DNA from: Podarcis erhardii
Lineage: Eukaryota
Assembly: GCA_964252035.1 (NCBI GenBank)
Contig: OZ176211.1
Length of the DNA: 64,000 bases
Reading direction: 5' to 3' (one strand)
Shown here: one piece after another, positions 41,243-53,915 of the stretch
How the letters are laid out: each line of letters starts with the position of its first letter
How positions within the stretch are numbered: position 1 is the stretch's first letter
Program-made: the position numbers and the translations under genes
The notes under the pieces: model-generated
The model's database searches: none
Told to the model about the DNA's origin: nothing
The model's input: only the letters and a program-made list of their open reading frames with translations

Positions 41243-41581
41243 GGGTGGCGCTATGGTCTAAACCACAGAGCCTAGGGCTTGCTGATCGGAAGGCCGGCAG
41301 TTCGAATCCCGCAACGGGGTGAGCTCCCGTTGCTCGGTCCCTGCTCCTGCCAACCTAGCAGTTCGAAAGTACATCAAAGTGCAAGTAGATAAATAGGTAC
41401 TGCTCCTGCGGGAAGGTAAATGGCGTTTCCGTGTGCTGCTCTGGTTCGCCGGAAGTGGCTTAGTCATGCTGGCCACATGACCCAGAAACTGTCTGAGGAC
41501 AAACGCCAGCTCCCTCGGCCTATAGTGCGAGTTGTCCACAACTGGACCTAACGTTCAGGGGGTACCTTTACCTTTACCTTT
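41243..41581 (+). mobile_element. Sauria SINE
   Basis: gggtggcgctatggtctaaaccacagagcc..., B box GTTCGAATCC and (ACCTTT)n tail. Confidence 0.92.
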
Positions 41582-42605
41582 ATAGTGCAAGGTTGCCTAT
41601 CTAGGTGGCAATAATGCAATACCACTGAGGAACCATCACAAAACTAATAAAGTGGAATGTGTGGACAGTCTTAGTAGAAGAAATCCACTATCAATGCACT
41701 TTTCCATCAATGACAACTTGTAGAATATTCCCACAAGAAAACTATGTCCAGGGGGGCTCTCTCATGCTTTCCCATACTACATCCATTGTACCCATGTCTC
41801 CTATTTAACAAAAGCAGAAACACAAACACAAAAAGAGGTAGCCTTAGGTCTTGCCTACAGAGCAATGGTGTTGCTTCAGAGGGTTGGTGGTGCCTGTTGG
41901 TTGGTTGAGCTGCCGCCAAGCCAAACGTAAACCTAGTGTTTGCACCATCCCCGTCCCCCACAAAAGAGGCTCCCCCCAGGCCTTGCTTGGTAGTGCTTGC
42001 CTGTCATTCTCAGAGACTGTCCTTTATGAAATTATTTTGTTTGACTCTCACAGGAAAAGATACAACTGTGCAAAAATGAATGCTGTATGTTTGTGAAACT
42101 GCAGGAAGAATCACTTTTGAGGGACTTCAAAGGAAGAAGAGCTGGTATTCAGGAAGGAATACTATTTGTGTCACACCAGGAAAGTCTTTTTGCTTTCCCA
42201 AGATTTGACAGACTACAGACAGGTAAGCACAGAGTTCTGGTGGAAGTGCTAGCTATTCCTAGAACCACAGTTCCTTCTCCCACTTTTCATATTTTTTGGT
42301 ATCGCATCCAATTTTAGCTGGGATATTTACTCATCCTGGAAGTGGTGCAAATTAAGGACTCCCCCAGCTCCCCCAGTACATGAACACCATTTCTGGTGGT
42401 AATTCCCAGGTGCTTTTTGCATCGCAAATGTTGCACATCGGCCAAGCTCTCTAATTCAGCACCTATATGTGGTGAACAAGGAGTGCACAGACTAAACCAC
42501 ATCAAGGGTACAAGAGATACCCAACAATTGCAACACAGTATCTCCCAGTGTGGATGTGCCATCCCTTTTGCAACCAGTCCTTTGATACATTGCATTCTTC
42601 TTATG

Positions 42606-42960
42606 AGGGACGCGGGTGGCGCTGTGGGTTAAACCACAGAGCCTAGGACTTGCAGATCAGAAGGTCGGAGGTTCAAATCCCCGTGACGGGGTGAGCTCCC
42701 ATTGCTCGGTCCCTGCTCCTGCCAACCTAGCAGTTCGAAAGCACATCAAAGAGCAAGTAGATAAATAGGTACCACTCTGGCAGGAAGGTAAACGGCGTTT
42801 CCGTGCACTGTTCTGGTTCGGCAGAAGCAGCTTAGTCATGCTGGCCACATGACCCGGAAGCTGTACGCCAGCTCCCTCGGCCAATAAAGCGAGATGAGCG
42901 CTGCAACCCCAGAGTCAGCCACGACTGGACCTAATGGTCAGGGGTCCCCTTTACCCTTTT
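42606..42960 (+). mobile_element. Sauria SINE, full length
   Basis: Starts GGGACGCGGGTGGCGCTGTGG; 12-bp TSD ATTCTTCTTATG (42594-42605, 42961-42972). Confidence 0.95.
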
Positions 42961-43090
42961 ATTCTTCTTATGCCATGTTGGGGCAGCACTGATAGAAACA
43001 GACAGCTGAAATGTGTTATTTATCTAAAATGCTCAACCATTATTTTATAAATAAAACTCCATTCTAGCAGCTGACTAGTACTGGAAAACC

Positions 43091-43233
43091 NNNNNNNNNN
43101 NNNNNNNNNNNNNNNNNNNNNNNNNNNNNNNNNNNNNNNNNNNNNNNNNNNNNNNNNNNNNNNNNNNNNNNNNNNNNNNNNNNNNNNNNNNNNNNNNNNN
43201 NNNNNNNNNNNNNNNNNNNNNNNNNNNNNNNNN
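43091..43233. other. Assembly gap (143 N)
   Basis: Run of N. Confidence 1.
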
Positions 43234-45522
43234 GACTGGCCTAATTCTGACAGGCTCAGCCTTGCCTTGCCCTATCCAATTCCACCTTCAGCCTGAAAGG
43301 AACACTATTTTGGTAATCAAACGTCTGCGCTGTAACGATGTATGAGTGGTCACAGGCACTGCCTTCTAAAACACAAGGGGAGAGAGGCCAGACCTAAAGT
43401 GACTTGCACCAAAGTAGAAATCTCTGCAGCTATGGAGTCCAAAACGTGCCGGGCCCTGCCAAGAAAACTCGCAGGCATTATGCAGAAGGAGCCAGCTGGC
43501 CACGTATGTGAAAACCAAGCCAGGAAACTTTGTATGGCTTGTGGGTATGAACACAGACAGCTGAAAGGAAGAGGGATGAAAGGTTTGCTGACATTCCACT
43601 CAACCTTAACCATCCTTTATTCACCAAAAATAATGGTTAACTGCAGGGGACTTGGCGCATGACCCCATTCATCCGTCCTTCTATACTAGCCGGGGGTGGG
43701 TGGAGGGAGAGAGAGATACAATAAAGTGCAGTGCAGTGGACTCTGTCATTTAATGCTATTCTGGATGGATGGAAAAGGGCTTCAGGTGGAAGAACAGAAC
43801 AGGGTGGAAAAGAGAATACATATCCCATCCGTAGACATACATAAATACGAATCGGCAACAAAGGGGTTCTTCCACATTCTAAGCCAGGAGGGGACCTTGC
43901 AATGTATACCATTAACTGGAAGAGGGCAGATAATGTGCATACTTTAAGACTAATCTGTAACCTGCGTTCTTCGCCAGAGCCTCAGATTCCAAACACAGAG
44001 TAGATGCGCATTTATTGCTACAATATTCTCATTTGGAACGTCTCACCATCAAATGTGAATGCCAAAAAACGCCAAGAAGAATAAGTATGACATAGAACAG
44101 TCTTCAGACGTGGACTCTGAAACTATCACACTTGAGAAAACAGAACGAATCTGCGTCTTTAAAAAAAATCCCAACAATAGTCCTTGGGAACTAATTCTCA
44201 GCTGCTTCAGGCAGGCAGTTAAAGTGACCCTTCTCTGCACACACCTTTGCCCGGTGAGGAGCATGGCAGAGGCATTTTCCACCACACCTAAAACATAATG
44301 TGTGTCAAGGACATTTGATTCCTACAGTCCTTCCATTTTTTTAAAAAATGTATGTGTTTTCTTCTAGCAGCAACTATTCAGGTAAACACATTGCTGTGAG
44401 GGGAAAATGGCAAAAAAGTCACTTTGCGTTCTGAACACTTACTGTGGTATATTTCGCTCCTAGCCTCTCTGTTGAAAGGACTTTTATTTTCCAAAGCAGG
44501 CCTGTGAACCTCTGTTTTCTCTCCCTCTCCTCCCCCCTTCATTTTTAGCTAAACCTGATTGAAACAATGACTCAACTCCCTTCCAAAATAAGTTCTTTTT
44601 TTGAGGGAAAATCTTGTATTTTTCCACATTCCCCCCCCCCACATTGGAGTAATTTAACCTTGTGGAGAAAGAAATACAGCAAACAAATTCTGCACAGACT
44701 TATCAGCTATCACTTAAGAGAGACAAAGGGGATTATCACCACAGCTGTCAGGAAACGCAGCTTTCTTGCACAACATTTACAGGTACCAAAGGTCATGTTC
44801 GGATACTAGCCTTTGGGGACCAGGCACATATCTCTGAAGAATTAAGTCCTTTGCTGAAATAAACAGAGTCTAATGATTGATTTAAACATTGAAAACAACT
44901 TCATGAAGGAGACAATGAGAGGGAGAGAACACTGGTAAATGGACAAACAAATCATTTTCTCTATTTATTTCTTTTTAAAAATATGCTTTAATTAAAGGAT
45001 TCCTTAGGTAACAAAAGTACACATGGTGTCTCTGTTTTCAAATAGTAGAGTCCTTTCACACAGGTCGGTTACATTCAGAGTGAGACATTACTGTTACAGG
45101 TAATATGGATGCGCTTGCACAAGAGAAATGGACTATGAACAGTGCTACTTTTCTAGACAAAGATGTGCTGGAGCTCACCATGAACTTCTCCCTTGTTCTC
45201 TTAGAATGGCAATGGCGCCCACCTGAGAGGGGCCAGAGCTGACCGTCAGTGAGCTCTGGCTGGAAAAAAAAGCCCTATTAGCAGACTTGGGAGAATTCTA
45301 CCATTTGTTGAATTGCAAAATTATAAAAACAAGCTAATGAAAACACCCAACATTTAAGGGGAAATGCCCTAAGGGTAGAAAACCCTCAAAACAGCCCAAT
45401 GAAGACCAAGTACAGAACCCACCATCACAAACAGCATTACTTCTGTTCCCTATTCATGGTTGGGGTTGGGGTCTTGAATCCAGGGATCCCTAGTCATAGT
45501 CCAAAATTACAACTCCCACATC

Positions 45523-45794
45523 ATATTTTCCATGGGAACGAGTTGTGTTCTGCGAGCGGGATCCGTTCCGGAGGCCCGTTTGCAACATGAAAGGAACGTA
45601 CCCCACAGCGATGTGTCTGCGCATGCGCAGGTTGTGATTGAAGGCTTCTGCACATGTGTGTGACGTGATTTTGCGTGTCTGTGCATGTGCGAGCGGCAAA
45701 ACCCGGAAGTAACCCTTTCTGGTACTTCCGGGTCACCGTGGGACGCAACCTGATAAAATGTAACATGAAGCAAACATAATATGAGGTATTACTG
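45523..45794. mobile_element. Tc1/mariner-like MITE, left end missing
   Basis: Right end ...gaggtattactg|TA resembles the Tigger-like TIR; CpG-rich internal segment. Confidence 0.6.
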
Positions 45795-48616
45795 TATACG
45801 GTAACTCACAAAGGTAGATCCTAGCCTCAGACCATGAAGTTTCTGCTTATGTTCTGGAGTCTCTTGCATATGGCCACCTCTGGCTTGTTCACACAATACA
45901 CTGACCACAGACGCATGATGTTTGCATGATGAGAACTGCAATGGACTGCAAGTGCAATGGACAATTGTCATGAACCGGAAGGACAACAGGGAGGAGAAAG
46001 AGGATCGTGGCGAGGGGTGTGGCTGGGACTGGGACACACCAGGGAAAACTGGAAATGGAGGTGGAGAGGTTGGTGTAGGAAGTACTCATGCGGTGACGGA
46101 GGATGACAAGGGCCACGCCAACCACTCAATTCCACGCCACCCACCAGTCAATGAGCATTCCCCTTGCCCACTGAGCATGCTCAGCCCCCCCCCCCGGCTG
46201 TTTTGGGTTCTTCCCACTCTTAGGGGTTTTGATGTAGAGTATTGAGTGCTCCTGTTCAGCTCACTTGCAGGATATTCCATTCCCTCCCTCCTTCCTTCCT
46301 TGAGGACTACTACTCAAAGAATTGATATTGGCATTAGTAATTTATGCTACAAGATAAAATGTTGGTTTGCCTCATCACTCCCCAAAATGCTGAAGTTTGA
46401 AGCGAGCCCTTTGGGAAACTCATGCAATAGAACGTGGGTGGTAGAATTTGAAGTGACAGGGGGATTTCATATTTCCCAGCAGATCCAAATGTTCATTATT
46501 CTTAATAAATACCTGGATTCAAATGTGTCTGAATTGCAGTTGTTTTTGTTTGAATACCTCCTGTGGGGATAAGGGTTTAATAAATTAGGAGAGTTAAGCA
46601 ACTTTGAGTAACTTACTAGGAAGACAAAATATGCTGTTTGTTCAAATTTGAGTTGAATTAATCTACACTGGTTTTATTTGGTAGCTCATTACAGTGGGAT
46701 GCTGTCATGTGTGTCTGTTATGTGGGTTTGCTTGGGTTTTTGAGGTTTTTTTGCTTTAAATGTGCTTTTAGTTGTGATGAATCAGCAGCTAAAGATGTCT
46801 TATCCACTCATTTTATCACCGGAATGATTTAATCTGTTTTTATAATTGTATATTTAATTGTTATAATCCACCTTGGGGTTTTATGGTGAAGGACGGGGTG
46901 AGAAATATTCATCTTGCATCTTGTAAAAACAATTTTTAAAAATAGAGTTAGATCCCTATATGTCTGCAACCACAATTTTTTTAAAAAACAAAACACTTTC
47001 TGGCTATTTTGGAGCACACCGAATAATTTAAAAAACTGGTACCACTGAACTACCTTCAAGCATCGCAAGTGGGTTTTATCTGAACTTCAAAGTGAAGAAT
47101 CACTTTCACCACTAGTGGGAAGCACTGGCCAACCCATTTGCGACTTGACCCTGAATGTCAAGCAGCGATGGCCTTTGCTACATCTCCTGTGCTAGGAGAC
47201 TGAGGACTCGGGAGTGCAATGAGCCCAGATGCTGAAGGCTGACAGGCAGGGGTTTTGCTCAGTGGTCTTCAGCAGGTGGGGCCTGACCTCAGGTGGGCTG
47301 CATGACGGCAATGCCTTCACTTTATTTTCTGCTGCAGTTTACAGTTTTTAAGAAAAAGGAAAAACAGAGAGAAAAAAAAAAGAGGAGAGAGGGAGAAAGA
47401 ACCATAATCAACATCGATTATTTCTAAAGAACCTCAAAAGAGTTACATTGCGAAGGGAAAAAGTTACCGAGAGAGAGATGTTAGGAGACCCTACAACTCC
47501 CAGTGCCTTTAACAAAGTATGGTTCCCGGGATTCTCTGGGGGAAGCCATGACACTTAAAAGTGGTATGTGTAGTGGAAAATGCGCAAGGAAAAATTGAGG
47601 TGGTGTAGGTTTGGCCTTATACAGCCAGCCCTTTCTGTGAGTCCTTGCAGGAGCACTCCTGCCCTTGAGGGTGGCCCTGCTGGGCCTTGTTTGCCCTGAT
47701 GAGAAGCCCCAATTGCCACAGGTGGCCCACCTGGTTGAGGCAGGAACAGATAGTGAAGGGCAATGTGGTCAGGAGGAAGAGGATGATGGCTGGGGCTTTC
47801 CACGGTTAGATCTGGTGTTGTATTTGGGTCAAGGTCTGGTGGGGGGAATTCTTCCTTTGAAATTGTTCCTTTGGGGTTATTTCTTGGTGGTAGAGGGTTT
47901 TGTATTACCGTGTAAGAAGGTTTAAGGAGGTTCCCTGTTTGAGGGGTTTTGTTTTTGTTACTCTTTAAGAAGGTTGTCCTACTCTGTTGAAATAAAAATA
48001 TCTTTTCCCTTGACTACTGAAGATCCTTTAAAGAATCTGCAGAGTTAATTGGCAAAACAGTATGAGATAGCTTTAAAAGATGCTACTTGAGTGATAGGTT
48101 GCAAAGACTGGCCTTTGTCCTGCCATACCCAGGCTCATCCTGATTCTCTCTTGAGGGAAGAGAGGGACAAGGATAGATCAGCAAAAGGGTGCATGCTCTG
48201 AATGCAGGAAGTCCCAGGTTCAGTTCCTGACTCAGAGAGCAGGTGATGGAAAAGAGAGATCTGCCGAAGAGCCACCATCAGTCAGAGGAGACATTTGTAG
48301 GTTAGATGGTATGATATATCTCCCTATCAGGAATGCTGAACCTGGAGGGGACAATCATAAATGTCACTTTGGCCGAGGTGACTAGATGGGCAGAAACTAG
48401 ATTTGTCAAACTGCTGTCTTTCCCTTATATCTCACAGACGTAGGCATTGGGCAACATGAAATGTATTGCTGGGAGACGCTTCCTGTTTTAAAGAGATGTT
48501 GTTAGCCCTGTTGCGGATGCAGCTTCATTCTCAGCTTTCAGTTTCATCATTTCCTGCCTGCATGATGCAATCCCACCCAAACACTAGAAACAGAATACTA
48601 TGCCCAGGAAAAGGTT

Positions 48617-49387
48617 TCACAACCTTGATGGCAGAAAGTGAGGAGGAATTAAAGAACCTTTTAATGAGGGTGAAAGAGGAGAGCGCAAAATATGGTCTGA
48701 AGCTCAACATCAAAAGAACGAAGATGATGGCCACTGGTCCCATCACCTCCTGGCAAATAGAAGGGGAAGACATGGAAGCAGTGAGAGATTTCACTTTCTT
48801 GGGCTTCATGATCACTGCAGATGGTGACAGCAGTCACGAAATTAAAAGACGCCTGCTTCTTAGGAGAAAAGCAATTACAAACCTAGACAGCATCTTAAAA
48901 AGCAGAGACATCACCTTGCCAACAAAGGTCTGTATAGTTAAAGCTATGGTTTTCCCAGTAGTGATGTATGGAAGTGAGAGCTGGACCATAAAGAAGGCTG
49001 ATTGCCGAATAATTGATGCTTTTGAATTCTGGTGCTGGAGGAGACTCTTGAGAGTCCCATGGACTGCAAGAAGATCAAACCTCTCCATTCTGAAGGAAAT
49101 CAGCCCTGAGTGCTCACTGGAAGGACAGATCCTGAAGCTAAGCCTACAATACTATAGTCACCTCATGAGAAGAAAAGACTCCCTGGAAAAGACCCTGATG
49201 TTGGGAAAGATGGAGGGCACAAGGAGAAGGGGATGACAGAGGACGAGATGGTTGGACAGTGCTCTCGAAGCTACAAACATGAGTCTGACCAAACTGTGGG
49301 AGGCAGTGGAAGACAGAAGTGCCTGGTGTGCTCTGGTCCATGGGGTGACGAAGAGTAGGACACGACTAAATGACTAAACGACAACAA
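48617..49387 (+). mobile_element. BovB (RTE) LINE 3' fragment
   Basis: Translation LMAESEEELKNLLMRVKEESAKYGLKLNI...VFPVVMYGSESWTIKKA...LEKTLMLGK is typical of BovB RT. Ends cacgactaaatgactaaacgacaac. Confidence 0.95.
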
Positions 49388-50444
49388 AGGGTAGACCCAG
49401 CAACATTAGTGGTGATGACCAACGTAAGTCCATTAATTTCAATAGGCCTGCTCTGAGTAGAATTTGGTTGGATGCTGGCCCTAATGTGCAAAGCCCAATA
49501 CAGCTTGGGGGCAGGATATCCCAAAGAGTACTTTGCCCTATATATGCCCAATCAATCACTGTGCCCTACAGGAGTAGGTCTCTTATCAGGAGGTCTGCCC
49601 CATACAATGTTGAAACTGGGCCTTTATTTTATCCGTATATATTTTATTCTTATAGCACACCCTGGGAGCTCACTGTGATGGGCAGGTACAAAATCTAATA
49701 AAACAAAACAAACATTTATTTAAAGAGGGCTCGGTGGATTGACAGGTAGGTAGTGGGTCCTGGGCAGAAGAGAAAAAACACAGTTCCATGTGGCTCTTTT
49801 GCATGCTTAATATTGGATTGCAATCTCTTTTGGGGGACACATAATCTGCTAGACATGTCACACAAACTTATACCCATACTGGAAGTAAAACAACAAGACC
49901 TGCAATAAGTTACTTGACCTAGTGCGGAAAGGAGGGGAAGACAGCAAGGCAACTTATTCCTCCCCCACTGATTTATTCTACGTGTAGATTATTTTTCTCA
50001 GGTTTTACTTCCTCCCTCCTCCTCCAGCCAGTTAGTATCAGACCTTTCTTTGGTTAACCAACATGACTCCATGATGGCCACATGTGAGCTTGTATACATA
50101 CACACACCAAACTCCAACCATGCAGACACGGAGTCAGTTGCTACATGCTTAGCTTTTGTCAACCATCCCCTGCCACCCCAGTTCAGAAGATAATTTCTTA
50201 AATAGCTTCTGCCCCCTGGTACAACCTTTGGTGATTGGGGAAGGACCATAGCTCAGGGGTAGAGCAGAAGATCCCAGACTCAGTCCTCAGCATAGCCAGG
50301 TAGGGCTGGGAGAGACTCCCTGTCTGAAACCCACCCACCTCTTCTGATAAAAAGAACCAGGCCAGGAATGTCACCAAGGAGTCACCAAGCATGTGCCATA
50401 GACCTACAGAGTGCTTGCATCATTATAAGGGCCTGGCTGTTCAA

Positions 50445-50446
50445 AT

Positions 50447-50493
<47 letters not shown>

Positions 50494-50807
50494 TTTATAC
50501 CCCGCCCATCTGGGCGGCTTTCAAAAAAATATTAAAATACTGTAATACATCAAACATTAAAAGCTTCTCTAAACAGGGCTGCCTTCAGATGTCTTCTAAA
50601 AGTCTGGTAGTTGTTCTTCTCTCTGACATCTGGTGGGAGGGCATTCCACAGGGAGGGTGCCACTACCGAAAAGGCCGTCTGCCTGGTTCCCTGTAACTTG
50701 GCTTCTCGCAGTGAGGGAACCGCCAGAAGACCCTCGGCGCTGGACCTCAGTGTCTGGGTAGAACAATGGGGGTGGAGACGCTCCTTCAGATATACTGGGC
50801 CGAGGCC
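50445..50807 (-). mobile_element. L2 LINE 3' fragment with (AAT)n tail
   Basis: The minus strand encodes LKERLHPH...FSVVAPSLWNALP...FRRHLKAALF. Confidence 0.9.
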
Positions 50808-50876
50808 GTCTTTGTATTCCCATTGAACCAGCAGGGACATAAAGGAGGAGTCACGCTCCGATGACACTTGGCTGAG

Positions 50877-51390
50877 TGTCAGGCCTAATGAGCACAGCAG
50901 CTCATGCTTGGTAGGTCTTGCCCCATGAATCAGTTGCCAAGACTGAATGTCCCCACCTCTCCACAGCAGTCTAAGTCACCTCCTCTCCAGGGTTTTCCCC
51001 AAGCAATCGGAGACTGAAGCCAACCTCTCCTCCACCTTTTTTTATGCCTCTTCTGGTTCTGGGAGACAAGTGGGGAGGGGAGCTTGTCACATCAGCAGGG
51101 GGAGACATCCATGACTCTTCACCAGCCTGACCCATCTCTGCCTCTTGGACTCCCCTGCTTCAACTTCTGCCTATGATCCTTGCCTTCTGCCTGCCACAGA
51201 CACTCCCAGCTCACTAAGCCCTGTTACGCCTTCAGCTTCTGACAACCCCTCTTTGCAGTCTTTCCCCTCCTTTCTCTCTGACCACTCACTGTCGTCCTAC
51301 CACCAATCCCCTGCCTCTGAGTCTTCTTCCCTTGATAGTTCCCCAGCTGGTTCCTCCCACCATTCCTTTGTGTCCAACCAGTCCATGACA
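50877..51390 (-). mobile_element. Probable solo LTR (Gypsy-like)
   Basis: Termini TGTCA...TGACA; flanks tgag / tgat (4-bp TSD with one mismatch); no internal coding region. Confidence 0.6.
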
Positions 51391-52587
51391 TGATGGGACA
51401 CAAAGAGGAGTAAGACTTTATTGCCTTCATCTCCTGTCCCTCTGGCAACTGCTCTCAGCAGCAGAGTGAGGGACATCAAGGCAGGCCTTTGCCTCCTAAG
51501 GCAAAATTTGTAGATCTGGCACTGTATTTATTTATTTCATAAAATTTATATACCACTTGACTGTAAAAAAAAAAAAGCAAAACAAAACCTCAAGCAGTTT
51601 ACCAAAAGAATGAAACAATATAACTATTTTAAACATTTGAATAATAATTAAAATCAGTGATAAGCGAAAACTGATATTTGGAATTCATTTCTATAAACAC
51701 TGTACAGTAATAGGTTAAATAACAATCTTGCAATATTTATAAGTCCTGTTTTTTTTGTATTGTATAAGGGTGTCATTTCTTCCCCCTTTTCCTTTTTCTC
51801 TGCCCCCCCTTTTCATGTCTTATTTTACCCTGTGCACTTACAATTATATACACATTACTTTTTATCTTTCAATAAAGAATACACACACACACACACACGT
51901 AAACAGTCTCCATGTCTGGTTAGGCTTGTCTCAACAAAAATGTTATGATGTGCCATGCATAATTTTCTTTTGATTTCCTTTGATATTGTTGCTATTCTTA
52001 CATCTTTCACAAACTGAAATGAACCAGCCATTTGCAACTCATTTTATAAACTGGTCATAACCCTCTTGCCCACTGGGACAAATTCAGGGCCTTGCTTCCA
52101 GTTCTCAACCAACGTTCTTCAAGAGGTGCATGAACAGAAGACATTCATGGTGAGCAGAATAAATTGAACAAATTGCCCAGGGATAAGATCTTAAGACTCT
52201 CATGACTGGGGAAAACTGCCCATGAGAGCTGACTTTGAGTAGAGACTTCTACTCCATCTCATCCCTCCTCCACACACTCTCTCAGCGCCTTGTATGGTTC
52301 TGATTGTCTATATTAAAAAAGAAAAAAGAAACAGTCTAGCAATGGAACAATACTACCCTCTCAACATTTAAAAGCCCACCTCCAAAAATAAAAGGTCCTG
52401 GAAAAAATACCTCAATTTCAAGCTCATAGATTACTTTGGCTCCCAGAGGAAAGAGAAGCAATTTACTGGCTGCTGGTCTTACCAAGGAAAAGGTTAGAAG
52501 ATTAAGAGACCAACCGCTGTTTGGATAAGTGGTTGGTAATTGCACATGCTGGCAATTATTACGTACCTCCATGTCTCTCCCTCTTAC

Positions 52588-52703
52588 CTTTTTCTTTCCT
52601 CTCGTGCCATCAGGGTTGAGCCGAAATGTCCCCGAATTCACAGTCCTCTTTGGACCTATTTTCTTGATGTCGTAGGCCAGCTCATCAGCAAGGGCCTTGC
52701 ATG
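52588..52703 (-). CDS. CNPY1: CNPY1 coding exon (first visible; 116 bp, phase 1 to 0): (A)CKALADELAYDIKKIGPKRTVNSGTFRLNPDGTRGKKK
   Basis: Acceptor tttcccaccccag|CA TGC and donor AAG|gtaaga. The peptide matches the canopy motif ACxALxDEL...G.FR.NPDG. Length and phase match the equivalent CNPY2 exon as I recall it. Confidence 0.93.
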
Positions 52704-52984
52704 CTGGGGTGGGAAACAGAAACACACATCACTACCACTGTGGAAACCGCAGTAGTAAAAAGACAGCATGCACATTTTTGCAGAGGAACAAGGTCTATCC
52801 AGACAGAAGCTTCCTGTTCTTGCTCATCTATCCTGGACAGTTCCTTTTCCTCCTTATCCTTTAAGCAGTCCCTTCCTTTTGGGACCTGACCTTCTAGCTA
52901 GCTTTTTCTGCGTACCTGTCTCATTCCCCTCTGATGTTTGTGGACTGCCCTGGACCTTGAGTCCAGCTGTATCTGGACTATGTA

Positions 52985-53224
52985 CAGTGGTACCTCGGGT
53001 TAAGTACTTAATTCGTTCCAGAGGTCCGTTCTTAACCTGAAACTGTTCTTAACCTGAAGCACCACTTTAGCTAATGGGGCCTCCTGCTGCTGCCGCGCCA
53101 CTGGAGCATGACTGCCAGAGCATGATTTCTGTTCTCATCCTGAAGCAAAGTTCTTAACCCGAAGCACTATTTCTGGGTTAGCGGAGTCTGTAACCTGAAG
53201 CGTATGCAACCTGAGGTACCACTG
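52985..53224. mobile_element. Tc1/mariner (Tigger-like) MITE
   Basis: TA|CAGTGGTACCTCGGGTT ... GAGGTACCACTG|TA. Confidence 0.92.
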
Positions 53225-53753
53225 TACTCACCTCTGGCCCTTCTAACTGGATGGTGGCTTACAATCCTGACCCTGGACTGCTCTAACAGTGACCACCTAA
53301 TTGTGTCCGACCTACTAGGGGTTTGTTGCATGTCTGGCACCATGAAAGGAGGGAGGTTGTCAAGTAAACAGCCCTATAATACAAGTGTGATTGGCTGCAT
53401 TTGCCTTGATAGACCACAAGCTATGTAGGCACCCACTATTGTAATCAGACCATCTGAAAATTATCACATTGTGCCAGCATTGCTCAAATGTTAGGAATAG
53501 AAACCTCTCCACTAGAATTGAACTTCTTTGCCTTCTCAAGGAGAGATTTACAGGCATGTCCAAAGTCCAAAGCACATATTCTACTCATGTAGAAACACCA
53601 GGCAGGCCCCACAAATAACCCAGAGATGCATTTTAAATAAAAGGACACATTCTACTCATGTAAAAACATGCTGATTCCCGGACCATCCATGGGCCGGATT
53701 TAGAAGGCACTTGGGCTGGATCTGGCCCCCGGGCCTTAGTTTGCATACCCATG

Positions 53754-53915
53754 CTGTATAGGGAGGTTTTTCAAAAGAATGTTTCATGTTTTTATATATG
53801 CTGAAAGCGGCCCAGAGTGGTTGGGGCAACACAGTCGGATGGGTGGGGTATAAATAATAAAATTCTTATGGAATACGACATCCCTCTTTTCATCGGAGAA
53901 ATGTTGGAGGGTATG
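53754..53915 (+). mobile_element. Composite TIR/L2-tail element, right part only (copy 4)
   Basis: L2-tail segment followed by gacatccctcttttcatcggagaaatgttggagggtatg, the same end as copies 1-3. Confidence 0.75.

Noticed and set aside
45205-45225. Possible second CTCF motif (CTCTCAGGTGGGCGCC, minus strand)
   Set aside because: Needs several mismatches or a gap against the core; too weak to call.
47560-48010. GT-rich segment that might be a retroelement UTR or LTR
   Set aside because: I could not define termini, TSD or family.
48466-49236. 256-aa ORF as a host gene
   Set aside because: It is BovB reverse transcriptase C-terminus with non-coding flank read in frame.
52744-52762. Minus strand reads TAC TAC TGC GGT (YYCG), resembling the missing LYCG motif just upstream of the 52703 exon
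   Set aside because: It is out of frame with the exon. Splicing would need a ~44-nt intron with a poor GTTTCC donor, below normal vertebrate intron size, and there is no signal peptide upstream.
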